A stretch of 63,200 nt of DNA, counting the filler, from Craspedostauros australis (lineage: Eukaryota): assembly GCA_030167865.1 (NCBI GenBank). It is 6 parts of 6 records of this genome, joined end to end, with 100 filler letters (N's around TTAATTAATTAA, not from the genome) between each part and the next. Parts side by side here need not be neighbours in the genome. Positions count along the whole stretch, not along the records: positions 1 to 12,388 come from JALAGF010006186.1; 5 more parts are not named here. One strand, given 5' to 3'. Shown here in pieces: positions 1 to 10,876 of this stretch. Under the pieces are notes generated by a model. It was not told where the DNA came from. It did no database searches and saw only the letters and a program-made list of their open reading frames with translations. The translations under genes and the position numbers were made by a program. Position 1 is the first letter of the stretch; every line of letters begins with the position of its first letter.

Positions 1-1449
1 ATCTTCACCTTCGCGGATGGTGGAAAGATGGGAGCCGTGGTTGTAGCTGGCACCAACGACGTTCTCTGCCAGTCCGTATGCTGCAACGAACCAGTCCTTG
101 CGCAAGCCATACGAACAGAATGCGTCAGAGAAGCGCTTTTCTGTGTCAAGCCGGATTGGCTCTGCAGCGTTCTGGAGATGAAGCAGATTGGAGAGATCCA
201 GCTTGTGGGTAAGTTCTGCTTTGGTCTCGTTGAACTTGCGGGTGACCAACCGATAGGCAAAGTCGGGAGCGGCACNNNNNNNNNNNNNNNNNNNNNNNNN
301 NNNNNNNNNNNNNNNNNNNNNNNNNCGGATGAATGAGACCGGTGATGTCATGTGGACACGGAAGGCGCCTGCCAATGGCGTGACGGCCATTTGGATAAGG
401 CCCATGTCATGGTACTGCGGCAACCAAGAGCATATGGCGATGCGCTTTGGGATTTCGCTCGTATCACCCAGCTGGTCTTGGAACGAAGCGAACCACTGGC
501 TCTGTGTGAGCTCGATGTTGGCCCGCAGTGCATCATGAGTCACCATGACGCCCTTGGGGTTGCCAGTACTCCCGGATGTGTACTGGAGGAAGGCCAGATC
601 CGATCCTGCGATGTTTGGTTCATCGAAGGAAGGTGGCGGCGACGAGGAGCGGCCAGAGATGAGGCTGGAAAGGAAGCCTTTCTTGGCTTGCTTGGAGCTG
701 TTGCTGTTGCTCTTGTTTTTGTTGATGATGAACGGATCGTGACGGATGATGCGATCGGTGACTTGGTACTTCACCCCGCTTGGCCACATGGACCGGCTTT
801 TGGATGTTGGGTTGGCACGATCGGCGGCTCGAAGGAGGTTGATGGATGTCTGAGTGAGGATGAGTGCCGGAGAGCAATCTTTGATCACCTTGTTCATCTT
901 GGTGAGCGACTTGACGAGCGGTGGTCCCGGAGGGTAGACCAACACGGCTGTCACTCCTGCACGGAGGCATCCCAGGAAGATGGCGAAGAAGTGCAGACCG
1001 AAGTCGTAGCAGAGGACGACACGATCACCTTTGTTGACATCCCATTTGTTGCGAAGGAGGTGGGCACAGTGCCCCGCTTCGTCCCAGAGCTGTTGGAAGG
1101 TGTAGTTGTTGATTGCCTTTCCCTTGTCGTTGTACCAAGTGGAGAAGACGGTGTCAGACTTGAGTTCGACGATGAACTTGATGTGGTCGATGAAGGACTT
1201 GTTTTGGATGGATTTGTGGATGACGTCATGCTCGCTGATAACAGCAGTGTTGCTGTCGTTGGACGAAATCAACGTCGTTGGTGCCTGCGACGGAGGCAAT
1301 GATCGTGTCTCCCCGATGCCTGGTTTGACATCATCGGTGATGTCTGGCGCAGGAGAGTCCTTGTCATTGCCATTGGATTTGTTGGATGCGGTTGTTGCGA
1401 CATCGCCGGTATTGTCTTCGGCTGTTTGGTTACGGTCGTCGTCGCGCAT
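1..1449 (-). CDS. 5' part of a FAAL-type adenylation enzyme, paralogue of 6173-10876; runs off the window edge
   Basis: Manual minus-strand translation from ATG at 1449: MRDDDRNQ...EHDVIHKSIQNKSFIDHIKF...LAFLQYTSGSTGNPKGVMVTH...SWLPQYHDMGLI...NAAEPIR...YGLAEN. DNA 1-1230 is near-identical to about 9440-10670. No intron seen; N-gap at 276-325. Confidence 0.9.
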   Translation of the reverse strand, partial: MRDDDRNQTAEDNTGDVATTASNKSNGNDKDSPAPDITDDVKPGIGETRSLPPSQAPTTLISSNDSNTAVISEHDVIHKSIQNKSFIDHIKFIVELKSDTVFSTWYNDKGKAINNYTFQQLWDEAGHCAHLLRNKWDVNKGDRVVLCYDFGLHFFAIFLGCLRAGVTAVLVYPPGPPLVKSLTKMNKVIKDCSPALILTQTSINLLRAADRANPTSKSRSMWPSGVKYQVTDRIIRHDPFIINKNKSNSNSSKQAKKGFLSSLISGRSSSPPPSFDEPNIAGSDLAFLQYTSGSTGNPKGVMVTHDALRANIELTQSQWFASFQDQLGDTSEIPKRIAICSWLPQYHDMGLIQMAVTPLAGAFRVHMTSPVSFIXXXXXXXXXXXXXXXXXXAAPDFAYRLVTRKFNETKAELTHKLDLSNLLHLQNAAEPIRLDTEKRFSDAFCSYGLRKDWFVAAYGLAENVVGASYNHGSHLSTIREGED

Positions 1450-2710
1450 GATGGAAGGTTGGTGCGTTTGGTACGACTACTTGTGTCAGCAGGAAACGTG
1501 GAGTGTGTTTGCGCTGTTCCTCCAGTTTGTGAGCATCCGCCACAAGTGCGGAAGTTGTGCGTCGAGGAAGAGCGAACCTTGGCACGCTTGATGGATGTAC
1601 GGGGAAATGACCCCCGTTTTGACATCGCAGCGCACAGGGAGTGCCCAGTTGGCGCTTTTCGCGATCAGCGCGGAAGGGGATCATGACTGGTCCTTGTGAA
1701 CCCAAGAGCATTTATGTCTCGTGTCGGTTGTTGGCAATAACATCCCGGACAAACTGTCATTGGAAGCGTGAATGAAGTGCGTTGTGCCCGCATCGATTCC
1801 CAGTTTGTTGCTCGTTCCTTCATGTCGCTGCGCCATCTTCGCCCCATCGCAAATAAATTCCACCAGATCGATCGCAGAATGAGAATGAGACGTGCGAGAC
1901 TTCATTGGTGTTTTTGGGAATTGATCTGTTCGTCCGCAACGATCAATACCGGCATGTCTCGTTCTTGCTTCTGACAAAGAGTACTTAGGTATGGTGCTTC
2001 TACCGTGCTCGTGCCGTGGCTCGTGCTGACAGCGACGAACTGTTCCTCACCATCAGCGACAACTCGCTCAGAAAGTGAGCAGTGTGGAAGTTTGTCGGAA
2101 GTTTGTTGGAAGTGTCTCGTGTTCACGATTGTCAGCGCAACCACACAAGGCTCACAAGCGACCACGCAAGCGAGCTTTCCAACTTTGTCCGAAATAGAGC
2201 CACATCAATTGAAAAAACAGATTCCACGGTCCGTCATTGGTCTACAGTCCTGTCCGTTTCATAAGTCCGACAATAAATGGAGGATTGCTGTTATCCACAT
2301 CAAGAACACTCTATCTCGAGTCTCGCTTTTCTTTTGTTCACGATTCAAGAGACACACAAATCAAAAGAACACGATGACCATTCGTCACGGCAACACGATG
2401 GGCGGCGATGCTTGTGGATACGGTTTCGACTCATTCGATTGGCAAAGTGCAGCGAAAATCAGAACACGAGGCAGAATTTGACACATCCTTCGCATGATCC
2501 CCAACGCCAACGCTCCAGAGAGAGACATGCTCATACAACAACGTTCAAGGAAGCACATGCCTACGGCTACACATACCGCATGCGATACCATAGGCCGTAC
2601 CGTACATAAGAATCACAGCATAGTACCCACTCTCTTTCTCTCTACGAGTAGCTCGGACACCTACCATCCAAGCAACAGACCATCAAGTAAAATCAAAGGC
2701 GAGAACGACA

Positions 2711-4924
2711 ATGGAAAAGGTGTCCCCTTTGATCCGTCCGCGGACCCTCGAGGAGCTATGTGCGCAGGCCAGCTTGCCATTGGAGTTGGTGCTGGATGCA
2801 TCCGAAGAAGAATGGCAAGAGATCTCTCTGAAGGTGTTTCGCAACAGCATCGTCGAGCACGCCAAACTGTCTCTCGTTCGCACGAACCTGAGAATCCGTT
2901 GGAAGAACGGGAAGGCAACTCAGCCCACGCCACCACAGCAACAGGATCGCGGTGAGAGCGATGAAGTGCCGATGCCCCATGCTGACGACAGCAACAGCGA
3001 GAGGAAAGGAGAGCGCCAGATTGGGAATGGCCGTGGAGATGACAGCAAGAGCGAAGATGAGGATGCGGATGACGTGGACCATCAACATGGAAATGGAAAC
3101 GAGATTGAACGTGAGTGGAAGAATGAGAGAGGGGGCGACAGGAACCCCGGAGGCAAGGGCAGGGACACGTCACCGATCGTCACTCCTGCCAAGAACGCAG
3201 GCATCGCTGCCAGAAGGAGCTACGGGACTCCTCACACTCAAAACATGCAGCAGAGTCCACAACCGACTCTGGTTCTCGATTCACAAAGACACAAACCGAG
3301 GACGCCGGCATCCCCATCAACATCAAGGCATTCAGATGGACGAAAGAGAGCATCCAACCAAATATCAAGGTCCCCATCCCAAGAGTGCGCACGTGGAGCT
3401 GGATCGCACAAGAAACAACGCTGTCGTGCCGAATCAGGTAGTCAGCCACGAGATGCTGCGTCAGCGGCACCGTCACATCCAGACATATCTCCTGATGATC
3501 AGCCGACCTCTTCACAATGCGCCGCAGGAAGTCATGAAAACAGCAAAGCACCATCGCCCAAGCGAACCAGCAAAGAGAAAGAGGGTGCTGCAAACAGTTC
3601 CGTGCGCAAGGCTAGCCACAAGACATGCGCTTCAACCAGCACTTCGCGCGCAGTGCCAGCTTTCTCAAAGTCCATGTCAGCGTCAATGACAGCATCTTCG
3701 CCCCTTTCAAACTTCAACATCTTTCACATTGATATCTTTGGCGATATACTTGGTGCATACATGACAACCCGCAAGGCTGCACAGATAACTCAAATTCCAG
3801 AGAACAAGATCATTGAATCCTGTGAGAAGCGGACGGACCTTGGCAACATTGCCTTTCGTTACAACGGTGATCAACACCTGATCCCCAGGGGCGGCAATGA
3901 AGAGGTGATCGTTCTAGGGAGCCACACTGCACAGGCGCCAATAAAAGCTCACCGCCAGCATTACCCTCCCCATGGCAAAAGGAAAAACCAAAAAGAGGCG
4001 CCGGCGAAGAACGCGCACTCCGACAAGAAGACGTGCGGACGAGAGAAGCACACACGTGGGAAAGGAGGATGCCTCATCTCACACCTCAACTGGAAACCTG
4101 ATAGTTTCTTGCGACGGTTGTTCCGGCGGATGCCTCCACTCCAAAACGCACCCTCTGAAGAGGTCTTGAAGGCGTGCGGTAAAGGGATGGCTTTGAATTT
4201 ATTCGGAGAGACTGTTTGGAAATTGCTCAAAACGCAGTATGGATGGCTCCATGAGTGTCAATACAAAAGTATTCGGTTGGTGTATCGTGAGCCTCAAACG
4301 AGCGGCGGCAGGTCGTTCTCGTCGCGCGCTGCAGTTTTGTATCACCTGCTCACATCGCCGAAATGGCAATCCAGACCGGATCTCCGGGCCGCGACGGCGT
4401 TAGTTCTTTCCGATATGTCGACTATGCTGGAGGAACTGGCCGAGAGTGACCATGACTCCAATCCTTCGTCGGACACGGAGTCAAAGGATCGACCAACTCT
4501 GGATGATTCCGGCGACCATGATTTCGCTTACATCAGAATCAAGCGTCGGGATATCCAACCGGAAGAAATAGAGCAGATGGCCACTGATAGCGGCTGGTCG
4601 GTGTTTCTAAATGAAGATGGGATGCCATCCGTCCGCAAAAAGCGAAAAGAGCGCCATTGCATCTTTGGCCTTTACCTTTCTGGCCAAGAAGATTCAGACC
4701 GCCCCGCCGAGCGTAGAGTCGCAGCGGCTGCTCCAGCAGCCACCCCGGTAATCATGCCCCCAAAGAGACCAGCCCAAGACATAGGAATGAAGTCAGCTCC
4801 AGTGCCTGGGAACCGACTGGCGACGGCCAATCTCCCGCGTCAACGACGGCACCATGATCAACCGATGTCATCCAGAGATGACACATTTAACAGTGAATCT
4901 CCCACTCTCGAACGCGCAAACTGA
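2711..4924 (+). CDS. 737-aa, largely disordered protein with a NUMOD1-like HTH motif and an MBD-like segment; probably nuclear DNA-binding
   Basis: Long ATG-initiated ORF. IFHIDIFGDILGAYMTTRKAAQITQIPENKIIESCEKRTDLGNIAFRY (~3718-3862) resembles NUMOD1/IENR1. YGWLHE...VYREPQTSGGRSFSSRAAVLYHL (~4228-4350) resembles an MBD fold. Basic NLS-like stretches (RKKRKER). Confidence 0.6.
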   Translation: MEKVSPLIRPRTLEELCAQASLPLELVLDASEEEWQEISLKVFRNSIVEHAKLSLVRTNLRIRWKNGKATQPTPPQQQDRGESDEVPMPHADDSNSERKGERQIGNGRGDDSKSEDEDADDVDHQHGNGNEIEREWKNERGGDRNPGGKGRDTSPIVTPAKNAGIAARRSYGTPHTQNMQQSPQPTLVLDSQRHKPRTPASPSTSRHSDGRKRASNQISRSPSQECARGAGSHKKQRCRAESGSQPRDAASAAPSHPDISPDDQPTSSQCAAGSHENSKAPSPKRTSKEKEGAANSSVRKASHKTCASTSTSRAVPAFSKSMSASMTASSPLSNFNIFHIDIFGDILGAYMTTRKAAQITQIPENKIIESCEKRTDLGNIAFRYNGDQHLIPRGGNEEVIVLGSHTAQAPIKAHRQHYPPHGKRKNQKEAPAKNAHSDKKTCGREKHTRGKGGCLISHLNWKPDSFLRRLFRRMPPLQNAPSEEVLKACGKGMALNLFGETVWKLLKTQYGWLHECQYKSIRLVYREPQTSGGRSFSSRAAVLYHLLTSPKWQSRPDLRAATALVLSDMSTMLEELAESDHDSNPSSDTESKDRPTLDDSGDHDFAYIRIKRRDIQPEEIEQMATDSGWSVFLNEDGMPSVRKKRKERHCIFGLYLSGQEDSDRPAERRVAAAAPAATPVIMPPKRPAQDIGMKSAPVPGNRLATANLPRQRRHHDQPMSSRDDTFNSESPTLERAN

Positions 4925-6172
4925 AGATCAGGCACCTGCGGCGCTTCAGGAATCTGCTCGTTGGAATGGATGTCGTGCGCGGAACGAGGCAGGACAGTTC
5001 GCAACGCGCACGACCCACAACATTGTAGAACTAAACCGCAGATTGGGTCGCCCACAATACAATACAAGACGCAGAGTGGACTTGAAGACCGGGGCTCTCG
5101 GAGCAGCATGCTCTTGTCGCTGTCAGTAAAGCGAAAAGGAAACAGAGACGAGGCACGGTGGCAAGAGCTCTCGGCATGGTTTGGCATCGCACGACATCTT
5201 GATGCTGGCACAGACTTCTGCGAAGGGGAAAGAGTGCCGACTTCACGGTGAAATGTTTCTATGGTAGTGTGAATGTAATTGATATATTTATTTCCAAGAA
5301 GTGCATGGAACAAGTACGGAGTGGCAGTGTCGGACGGGCAATGCCGCAGATGAAGCCGCAAAAGGTTTTCATTTCACAATGGTTGTGCTGTTGGTTTCAC
5401 GAGTGTGTGCAGCCACTGACAGGATCTCGCGGTCATGCGTCTGATTCGATTCCATCCGCTTTGCATCAGAGTGGAGTTCATCGGCGCGACTGCGGTGGGG
5501 AGGCTTTTGCCAAGTCGCCGGTTGGTACTTTGCCGCAAACATCAAGCAACAGCATGCGCGTGAATATTGGCGTGGCCGTCGATGTTGGGGCACCAAACGG
5601 TATCCGTGTACTTTGAGCTGAAAGCGAGAGGCGCTGGTGCGCATTTTCTCTCCGAAAACGCTCTCCGCAGATCTTTGGCTCGTCGATAGATGTCGCAGCA
5701 TCTCCATTACAGTATGATCGCGGTGAGACTGAAATATAATAGGTTCCGTGTGTGCAGCGGCTAGCGACCTCCTGCATCAACAGATGTACGGCACTCGTAC
5801 TCGTATCGATGGGTGATGAGACTTGGCGGTTGCAGAGGCCCTCGCGCTATTGAGTACCAACGTGCCGCAGCCACCGGGCGAGTAGCCACGCCAGCGGCAA
5901 TCCGCAACCTTTCCTCTGGGCGTGATCTTTCCGTCCTCTGCAATGGATGCAATCATGGCTGACGGACGCACTGGCAGCAATGCGATACTCGAGAGTACAG
6001 CAGCATCGGCAACGGAGAGAACGAAGAACCGCTACGAAACGCTCATCAACGGTGTGCCCCAAAGAACGGATTCGCAGAATCATGTCTGATACAAATAGTC
6101 GCAGCTACCATACGACCTAGAGAAAGTACTTCGCAATGAGTTGTTTACATCGTTGTGATTCTGGCTGAGCAA

Positions 6173-9100
6173 TCAGACACAAGCTGCTTGCGCATCGCTC
6201 ACCGTGGTAGCAGTATTGCCTAGCCCTCCTTGTTCCGCTTTTGCCGACAGTTCTTCACACGATCCATCGCTGATTGATAGCTGCGGCGGCTCCTGCGGTT
6301 GCTTCAAGCATGATGGTCCGAAATCGCCGACCATCTTGCCTGGGCCGTGCTCAATTGTGCTTGGACATGCAGTTTGGGTTGTTGGTACGCTCCGAGTCAA
6401 TGTAAAGCATCTTTGATGCATGATACCATCGATGTAGCATTTTCCCAGAGTGATCGTTGAGAATGTGCCGTAATGGCCAGAGATGCTTGATTCGTCCACC
6501 ACGGCCCCATCACCAAATATCATCAGAGAAGTTTCGTACACTCGAAATCCAAAGTACAGCAATCTTCCCTGTACATCTGCACCCTGGAGTCGGAGCACTG
6601 TATTCATCATTGGCGTGCCCCACAAAAGCGACACGAAGGACCAGACTTGGACCGAGTAGCACAAGGATTGGTAGACCATGTACAATGGGACGCACCATAG
6701 TTCGGTGCGGTTCCCACTTCCCGCGAGCGTGACTAGCTCAACTGCTCGCAACAGGATGAGCCAAACGACGGTCTGGATGACGACGCACGCTACAACGACC
6801 GGCACCGCACCCAACGGCGTCTGTGGCTTGATGACATTCATCCACAGCTCGAATGCTGGAATGAAGCTGGCAGCGACCATGACCAGCATGATGATGTGCA
6901 GGATCGTGTTCAGGAGGACGATCCATATCAACTCCCAACCTGTGACAAGTTCATTTCTCGGGTCGTGTCGATCGTGGACCAGGTTGGTGGTGACATACGT
7001 GGCTGGAGACACTAGGGATTTGCTGACCGTCACGCCTGGGCTGCAGACCACGTTCAACCCGATGCTGCTGTCTTCAACCTTGATGGCTTTGTATTGGCCA
7101 TCCTGTTTGATGTCGAAGGTAGATTTGGACACGAAGGATCGTTTGACTGTGATGAGGTCCAGCTGAGATGGAAGGAAGGCATGTGCTGCGACATGCGATC
7201 GGAGATCAATGTCCATCCCGAATGCCAAGAGGATGACATTCCAAATCGATGAGTGAAACGTCAATCCATATAGCACGGCGCCTCCGATGCTGTAGTGGAA
7301 GTCACAAGCCCAACTGGCAAGTTCCGACGGCACACTCTGACATGCAGGGCCTGGCCGTTTTTTGCCGATTATAATCCATTTCAAGATGATGCTGGAAACG
7401 ATGAAGAATGTGGAAGTTAGACCAATGGAAGTAATCCAATAGAGCAGCCTCGCATACCTCCAGTCTGGCAACTCATCCCGGACCAGGATATCGACCACCA
7501 GAAAGCAGGTGAAAGCGAAGTAAAGTTCCACCAGCAACCACAGCATTTTCATCGCACCCAATATGATCCATCTGCGATTACCCGCGTTGGAATGTGTGGT
7601 GGGGCGAGTTTCGCTTGTCGTCATCTCCAGACTGTCATTGTTACTGCCAGCGTCTGCGTCTGTGGCTCCATGCGTGCGTGTGGAATGAATGAAGCCTGGA
7701 TTGCCGCGGATGGTAGTGTTGGGCGGTGCTTGTGCTCCTTCCACCAGCACAGACGTGCGAGAGACTTGGCAGTTGGACCCANNNNNNNNNNNNNNNNNNN
7801 NNNNNNNNNNNNNNNNNNNNNNNNNNNNNNNAAGAATGCCCTTGATGTCTGCACTTGCTCCAACTTGGATCGTGCGGAATCTCAAGGTGGGGCCTTGGCA
7901 GCCGTCTTTGCACGGGCCGAACATGCGACACCGGATACCCTCGCTCACCGTGGCATCGGGACCGATATCCACGAGATCGAACTCACGGATGAATGCATCG
8001 ATGCTCGATGATGCATGCACATTCGCTCCCATCAAGTAATCGAAGAACGCCAACAATGGGGTGCCCATGATGAAGCGTCCAAGGAAGCTCTCCCAGATGT
8101 GCACAAGCCGATCCACGAACCACCATCGAAGAAAGTAAATGTCGGTCTGACTGATGTACCCCTCTCTGTATCTGCCAATGACGATCCACTTTGCGAGAAT
8201 GACTTCGATAGTGAACGTGATGGCCCAGAACGGGACGACGAGTGGATACCACACCCACACGTACGGAGAGAGGTCAATGAAGAAGAGCTCGTAGGCGCGA
8301 TCGTCGTTGACCAGCACCTTCCCAATCTCGTAGGCGGGCACGATGGGAAGTGCGAACATGAAGAGGATGACGAGCACACCGACGAACTGAATGGTGGCGG
8401 ATGTGAGCGGTGCAAGCGGTTTCTCATCTAGAAAAGTGACAAGTCTCTTGAGTTTTGGAAGGCTGGTTGGCAGTGCCTGCCCAGTAGATGCCTCCAGAAA
8501 TATTTCCAAGTCTACGACTGTCGGAAATAGCTCGAAGCAGTTGGAAGGGAGAGACGTGTTGTATCGTTGAGCAAGAGACTGTCGCAGCTCGATCTCCATC
8601 ATGGATGATAGCCCAATGTCCTTCCACGTGTCTTCGGCCTTGACGTCTGCTCCAATGCAGCTCTTCACAAGCTCGCAAAAGTCTATGTCTCTGCTGTCTT
8701 CGAATTGGTCGGTGTTTCTGGTCGATATTGTTTTGGTGGACGACTTGACATCGCCATCCAGTGCAACTTGGGCGGTTGGAGTTGGGTTTGCACTGAAGTT
8801 GAATATTGCTTTCTGGTCTCCATCGCGAAGACGTTGGCGATTTTGGCGTCTCTGGATCTTGCCGCTTGTTGTTTTGGAGATGGTGCGTTCCTTGACGGCT
8901 GCGATTGTGACAGGTGTCAACCCGATGTGCTCAATCACGACCTTTCTGATCTCCTGACAGACTGTTGCGGCATCGTCTGCATGATTGACTCGGATCTCAA
9001 AGACGATCTCGAGCTGTCCATCGTTGCCGGTTTCATCAGATGAGAAGGCAGCGACACACCCTGGACGGACGGCAGATGAGGCCTCTTCAACGGCGTGCTC

Positions 9101-10876
9101 GATATCTTGCGGGTAGTAGTTGACACCATTGACGATGATGATGTCCTTCTTGCGTCCGCAGATGTAGAGATAGTCCTCTTGGTAGAATCCGTAGTCTCCT
9201 GTCCGCAAGTAGATCTTACGATCGGCATCGGATGATGAATCGCCTTGGAGTGTAGCTTGGAAGGTTTCGGCGGTGAGCTGTGGCTGATTGTAGTACCCAG
9301 CGGTCACAGAGGCCCCGGCGATCCAGATCTCTCCCGTGACGTTGTCTGGACGCTGTACTCGGGTATCCGAGTCCACGATGATGATATCGATGGAGCTGTG
9401 CAGATTTCCGCGATGTGCGATGGCGATGAATGGTTGGAGATCTTCACCTTCGCGGATGGTGGAAAGATGGGAGCCGTGGTTGTAGCTGGCACCAACGACG
9501 TTCTCTGCCAGTCCGTATGCTGCGAGGAACCAGTCCTTGCGCAAGCCATGCGAACAGAATGCCTCGGCGAATCCTTTCTCCGTGTCCAGCCGGATTGGCT
9601 CTGCAGCGTTCTGGAAATGAAGTACACTGGAGAGGTCCAGCTTGTGGGTAAGATCTTCCTTGGTCTCGTTGAACTTGCGGGTGACCAACCGATAGGCAAA
9701 GTCGGGAGCAGCACCGATGTGGCACTTGTGTTGTGACATGAGGTCAATCCAAAGCAACGGGTTGCGGATGAATGAGACCGGTGATGTCATGTGGACACGG
9801 AAGGCGCCTGCCAATGGCGTGACGGCCATTTGGATAAGGCCCATGTCATGATACTGCGGCAACCAAGAACATGTTACGAATCGCTCCGGCGTTGTCTTCT
9901 TTTCGTTTGCGCCCTTGGCGCAGCATGCAAGCCAATAGCTTTGCACGAGCTCAACGTTGGCTCTCAGTGCATCATGAGTCACCATGACGCCCTTGGGGTT
10001 GCCAGTACTCCCGGATGTGTACTGGAGGAACGCCAGATCCGATCCTGCGATGTTTGGTTCATCGAAGGAAGGTGGCGGCGACGATGAACGGCCAGAGATG
10101 ACGCTGGAAAGGAAGCCTTTCTTGGCTTGCTTGGAGCTGTTGCTGTTGCTCTTGTTTTTGTTGATGATGAACGGATCGTGACGGATGATGCGATCGGTGA
10201 CTTGGTACTTCACCCCGCTTGGCCACATGGACTGGCTTTTGGATGTTGGGTTGGCACGATCGGCAGCTCGAAGGAGGTTGATGGATGTCTGAGTGAGGAT
10301 GAGTGCCGGAGAGCAATCCTTGATCACCTTGTTCATCTTGGTGAGCGACTTGACGAGCGGCGGCGCCGGAGGGTAGACCAACACGGCTGTTACTCCTGCA
10401 CGGAGGCATCCCAGGAAGATGGCGAAGAAGTGCAGACCGAAGTCGTAACAGAGGACGACACGGTCCCCTTTGTTGACGCTCCATTTGTTGCGAAGGAGGT
10501 GGGCACAGTGCCCCGCTTCGTCCCAGAGCTGTTGGAAGGTGTAGTTGTTGATTGCCTTTCCCTTGTCGTTGTACCAAGTGGAGAAGACGGTGTCAGACTT
10601 GAGTTCGACGATGAACTTGATGTGGTCGATGAAGGACTTGTTTTGGATGGATTTGTGGATGACATCGTGCTCAGTGGCGTTGGCATCACAGTTGAGGCGA
10701 CTCAATGTTTGGCCCTTGTCTGGTGACGACTGCATGGTGTCAGCTGTGATATCCATGGCGTCGATATCCATATGAGGACTATTGGTAGCCTGAGCCGCTG
10801 CCAAGGCAGAGGTATTTGGTACATGAGGCATATCCATGGTAGCTGTGGCTTCAGTATCCACAATCAAAGGAAACAT
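6173..10876 (-). CDS. NRPS-like membrane synthetase: FAAL-type adenylation domain + phosphopantetheine carrier domain + Pls/PosA-like C-terminal region (TM helices and three repeats)
   Basis: Adenylation motifs FLQYTSGSTGNPKG, SWLPQYHDMGLI, AAEPIR, YGLAE, GEIWIAG, YLRTGD, GRKKDIIIVNGVNYYPQDIE, KTTSGKIQR. Carrier motif DIGLSSMM near 8605. Then AKWIVIGRYREG..RWWFVDRL..GTPLLAFFDYLMGANV, LKWIIIGKKRPG, LWGTPMMNTVLRLQGADV, each with hydrophobic helices and hexapeptide-like repeats. 50-N gap at 7792-7841. Confidence 0.85.
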   Translation of the reverse strand: MFPLIVDTEATATMDMPHVPNTSALAAAQATNSPHMDIDAMDITADTMQSSPDKGQTLSRLNCDANATEHDVIHKSIQNKSFIDHIKFIVELKSDTVFSTWYNDKGKAINNYTFQQLWDEAGHCAHLLRNKWSVNKGDRVVLCYDFGLHFFAIFLGCLRAGVTAVLVYPPAPPLVKSLTKMNKVIKDCSPALILTQTSINLLRAADRANPTSKSQSMWPSGVKYQVTDRIIRHDPFIINKNKSNSNSSKQAKKGFLSSVISGRSSSPPPSFDEPNIAGSDLAFLQYTSGSTGNPKGVMVTHDALRANVELVQSYWLACCAKGANEKKTTPERFVTCSWLPQYHDMGLIQMAVTPLAGAFRVHMTSPVSFIRNPLLWIDLMSQHKCHIGAAPDFAYRLVTRKFNETKEDLTHKLDLSSVLHFQNAAEPIRLDTEKGFAEAFCSHGLRKDWFLAAYGLAENVVGASYNHGSHLSTIREGEDLQPFIAIAHRGNLHSSIDIIIVDSDTRVQRPDNVTGEIWIAGASVTAGYYNQPQLTAETFQATLQGDSSSDADRKIYLRTGDYGFYQEDYLYICGRKKDIIIVNGVNYYPQDIEHAVEEASSAVRPGCVAAFSSDETGNDGQLEIVFEIRVNHADDAATVCQEIRKVVIEHIGLTPVTIAAVKERTISKTTSGKIQRRQNRQRLRDGDQKAIFNFSANPTPTAQVALDGDVKSSTKTISTRNTDQFEDSRDIDFCELVKSCIGADVKAEDTWKDIGLSSMMEIELRQSLAQRYNTSLPSNCFELFPTVVDLEIFLEASTGQALPTSLPKLKRLVTFLDEKPLAPLTSATIQFVGVLVILFMFALPIVPAYEIGKVLVNDDRAYELFFIDLSPYVWVWYPLVVPFWAITFTIEVILAKWIVIGRYREGYISQTDIYFLRWWFVDRLVHIWESFLGRFIMGTPLLAFFDYLMGANVHASSSIDAFIREFDLVDIGPDATVSEGIRCRMFGPCKDGCQGPTLRFRTIQVGASADIKGILXXXXXXXXXXXXXXXXXGSNCQVSRTSVLVEGAQAPPNTTIRGNPGFIHSTRTHGATDADAGSNNDSLEMTTSETRPTTHSNAGNRRWIILGAMKMLWLLVELYFAFTCFLVVDILVRDELPDWRYARLLYWITSIGLTSTFFIVSSIILKWIIIGKKRPGPACQSVPSELASWACDFHYSIGGAVLYGLTFHSSIWNVILLAFGMDIDLRSHVAAHAFLPSQLDLITVKRSFVSKSTFDIKQDGQYKAIKVEDSSIGLNVVCSPGVTVSKSLVSPATYVTTNLVHDRHDPRNELVTGWELIWIVLLNTILHIIMLVMVAASFIPAFELWMNVIKPQTPLGAVPVVVACVVIQTVVWLILLRAVELVTLAGSGNRTELWCVPLYMVYQSLCYSVQVWSFVSLLWGTPMMNTVLRLQGADVQGRLLYFGFRVYETSLMIFGDGAVVDESSISGHYGTFSTITLGKCYIDGIMHQRCFTLTRSVPTTQTACPSTIEHGPGKMVGDFGPSCLKQPQEPPQLSISDGSCEELSAKAEQGGLGNTATTVSDAQAACV

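Noticed and set aside
352..1302. Long antisense ORFs (352-1302, 22060-23391, 29794-31311, 38969-40243, 56815-58059)
   Set aside because: Shadows of GC3-rich genes on the opposite strand, with no recognisable motifs.
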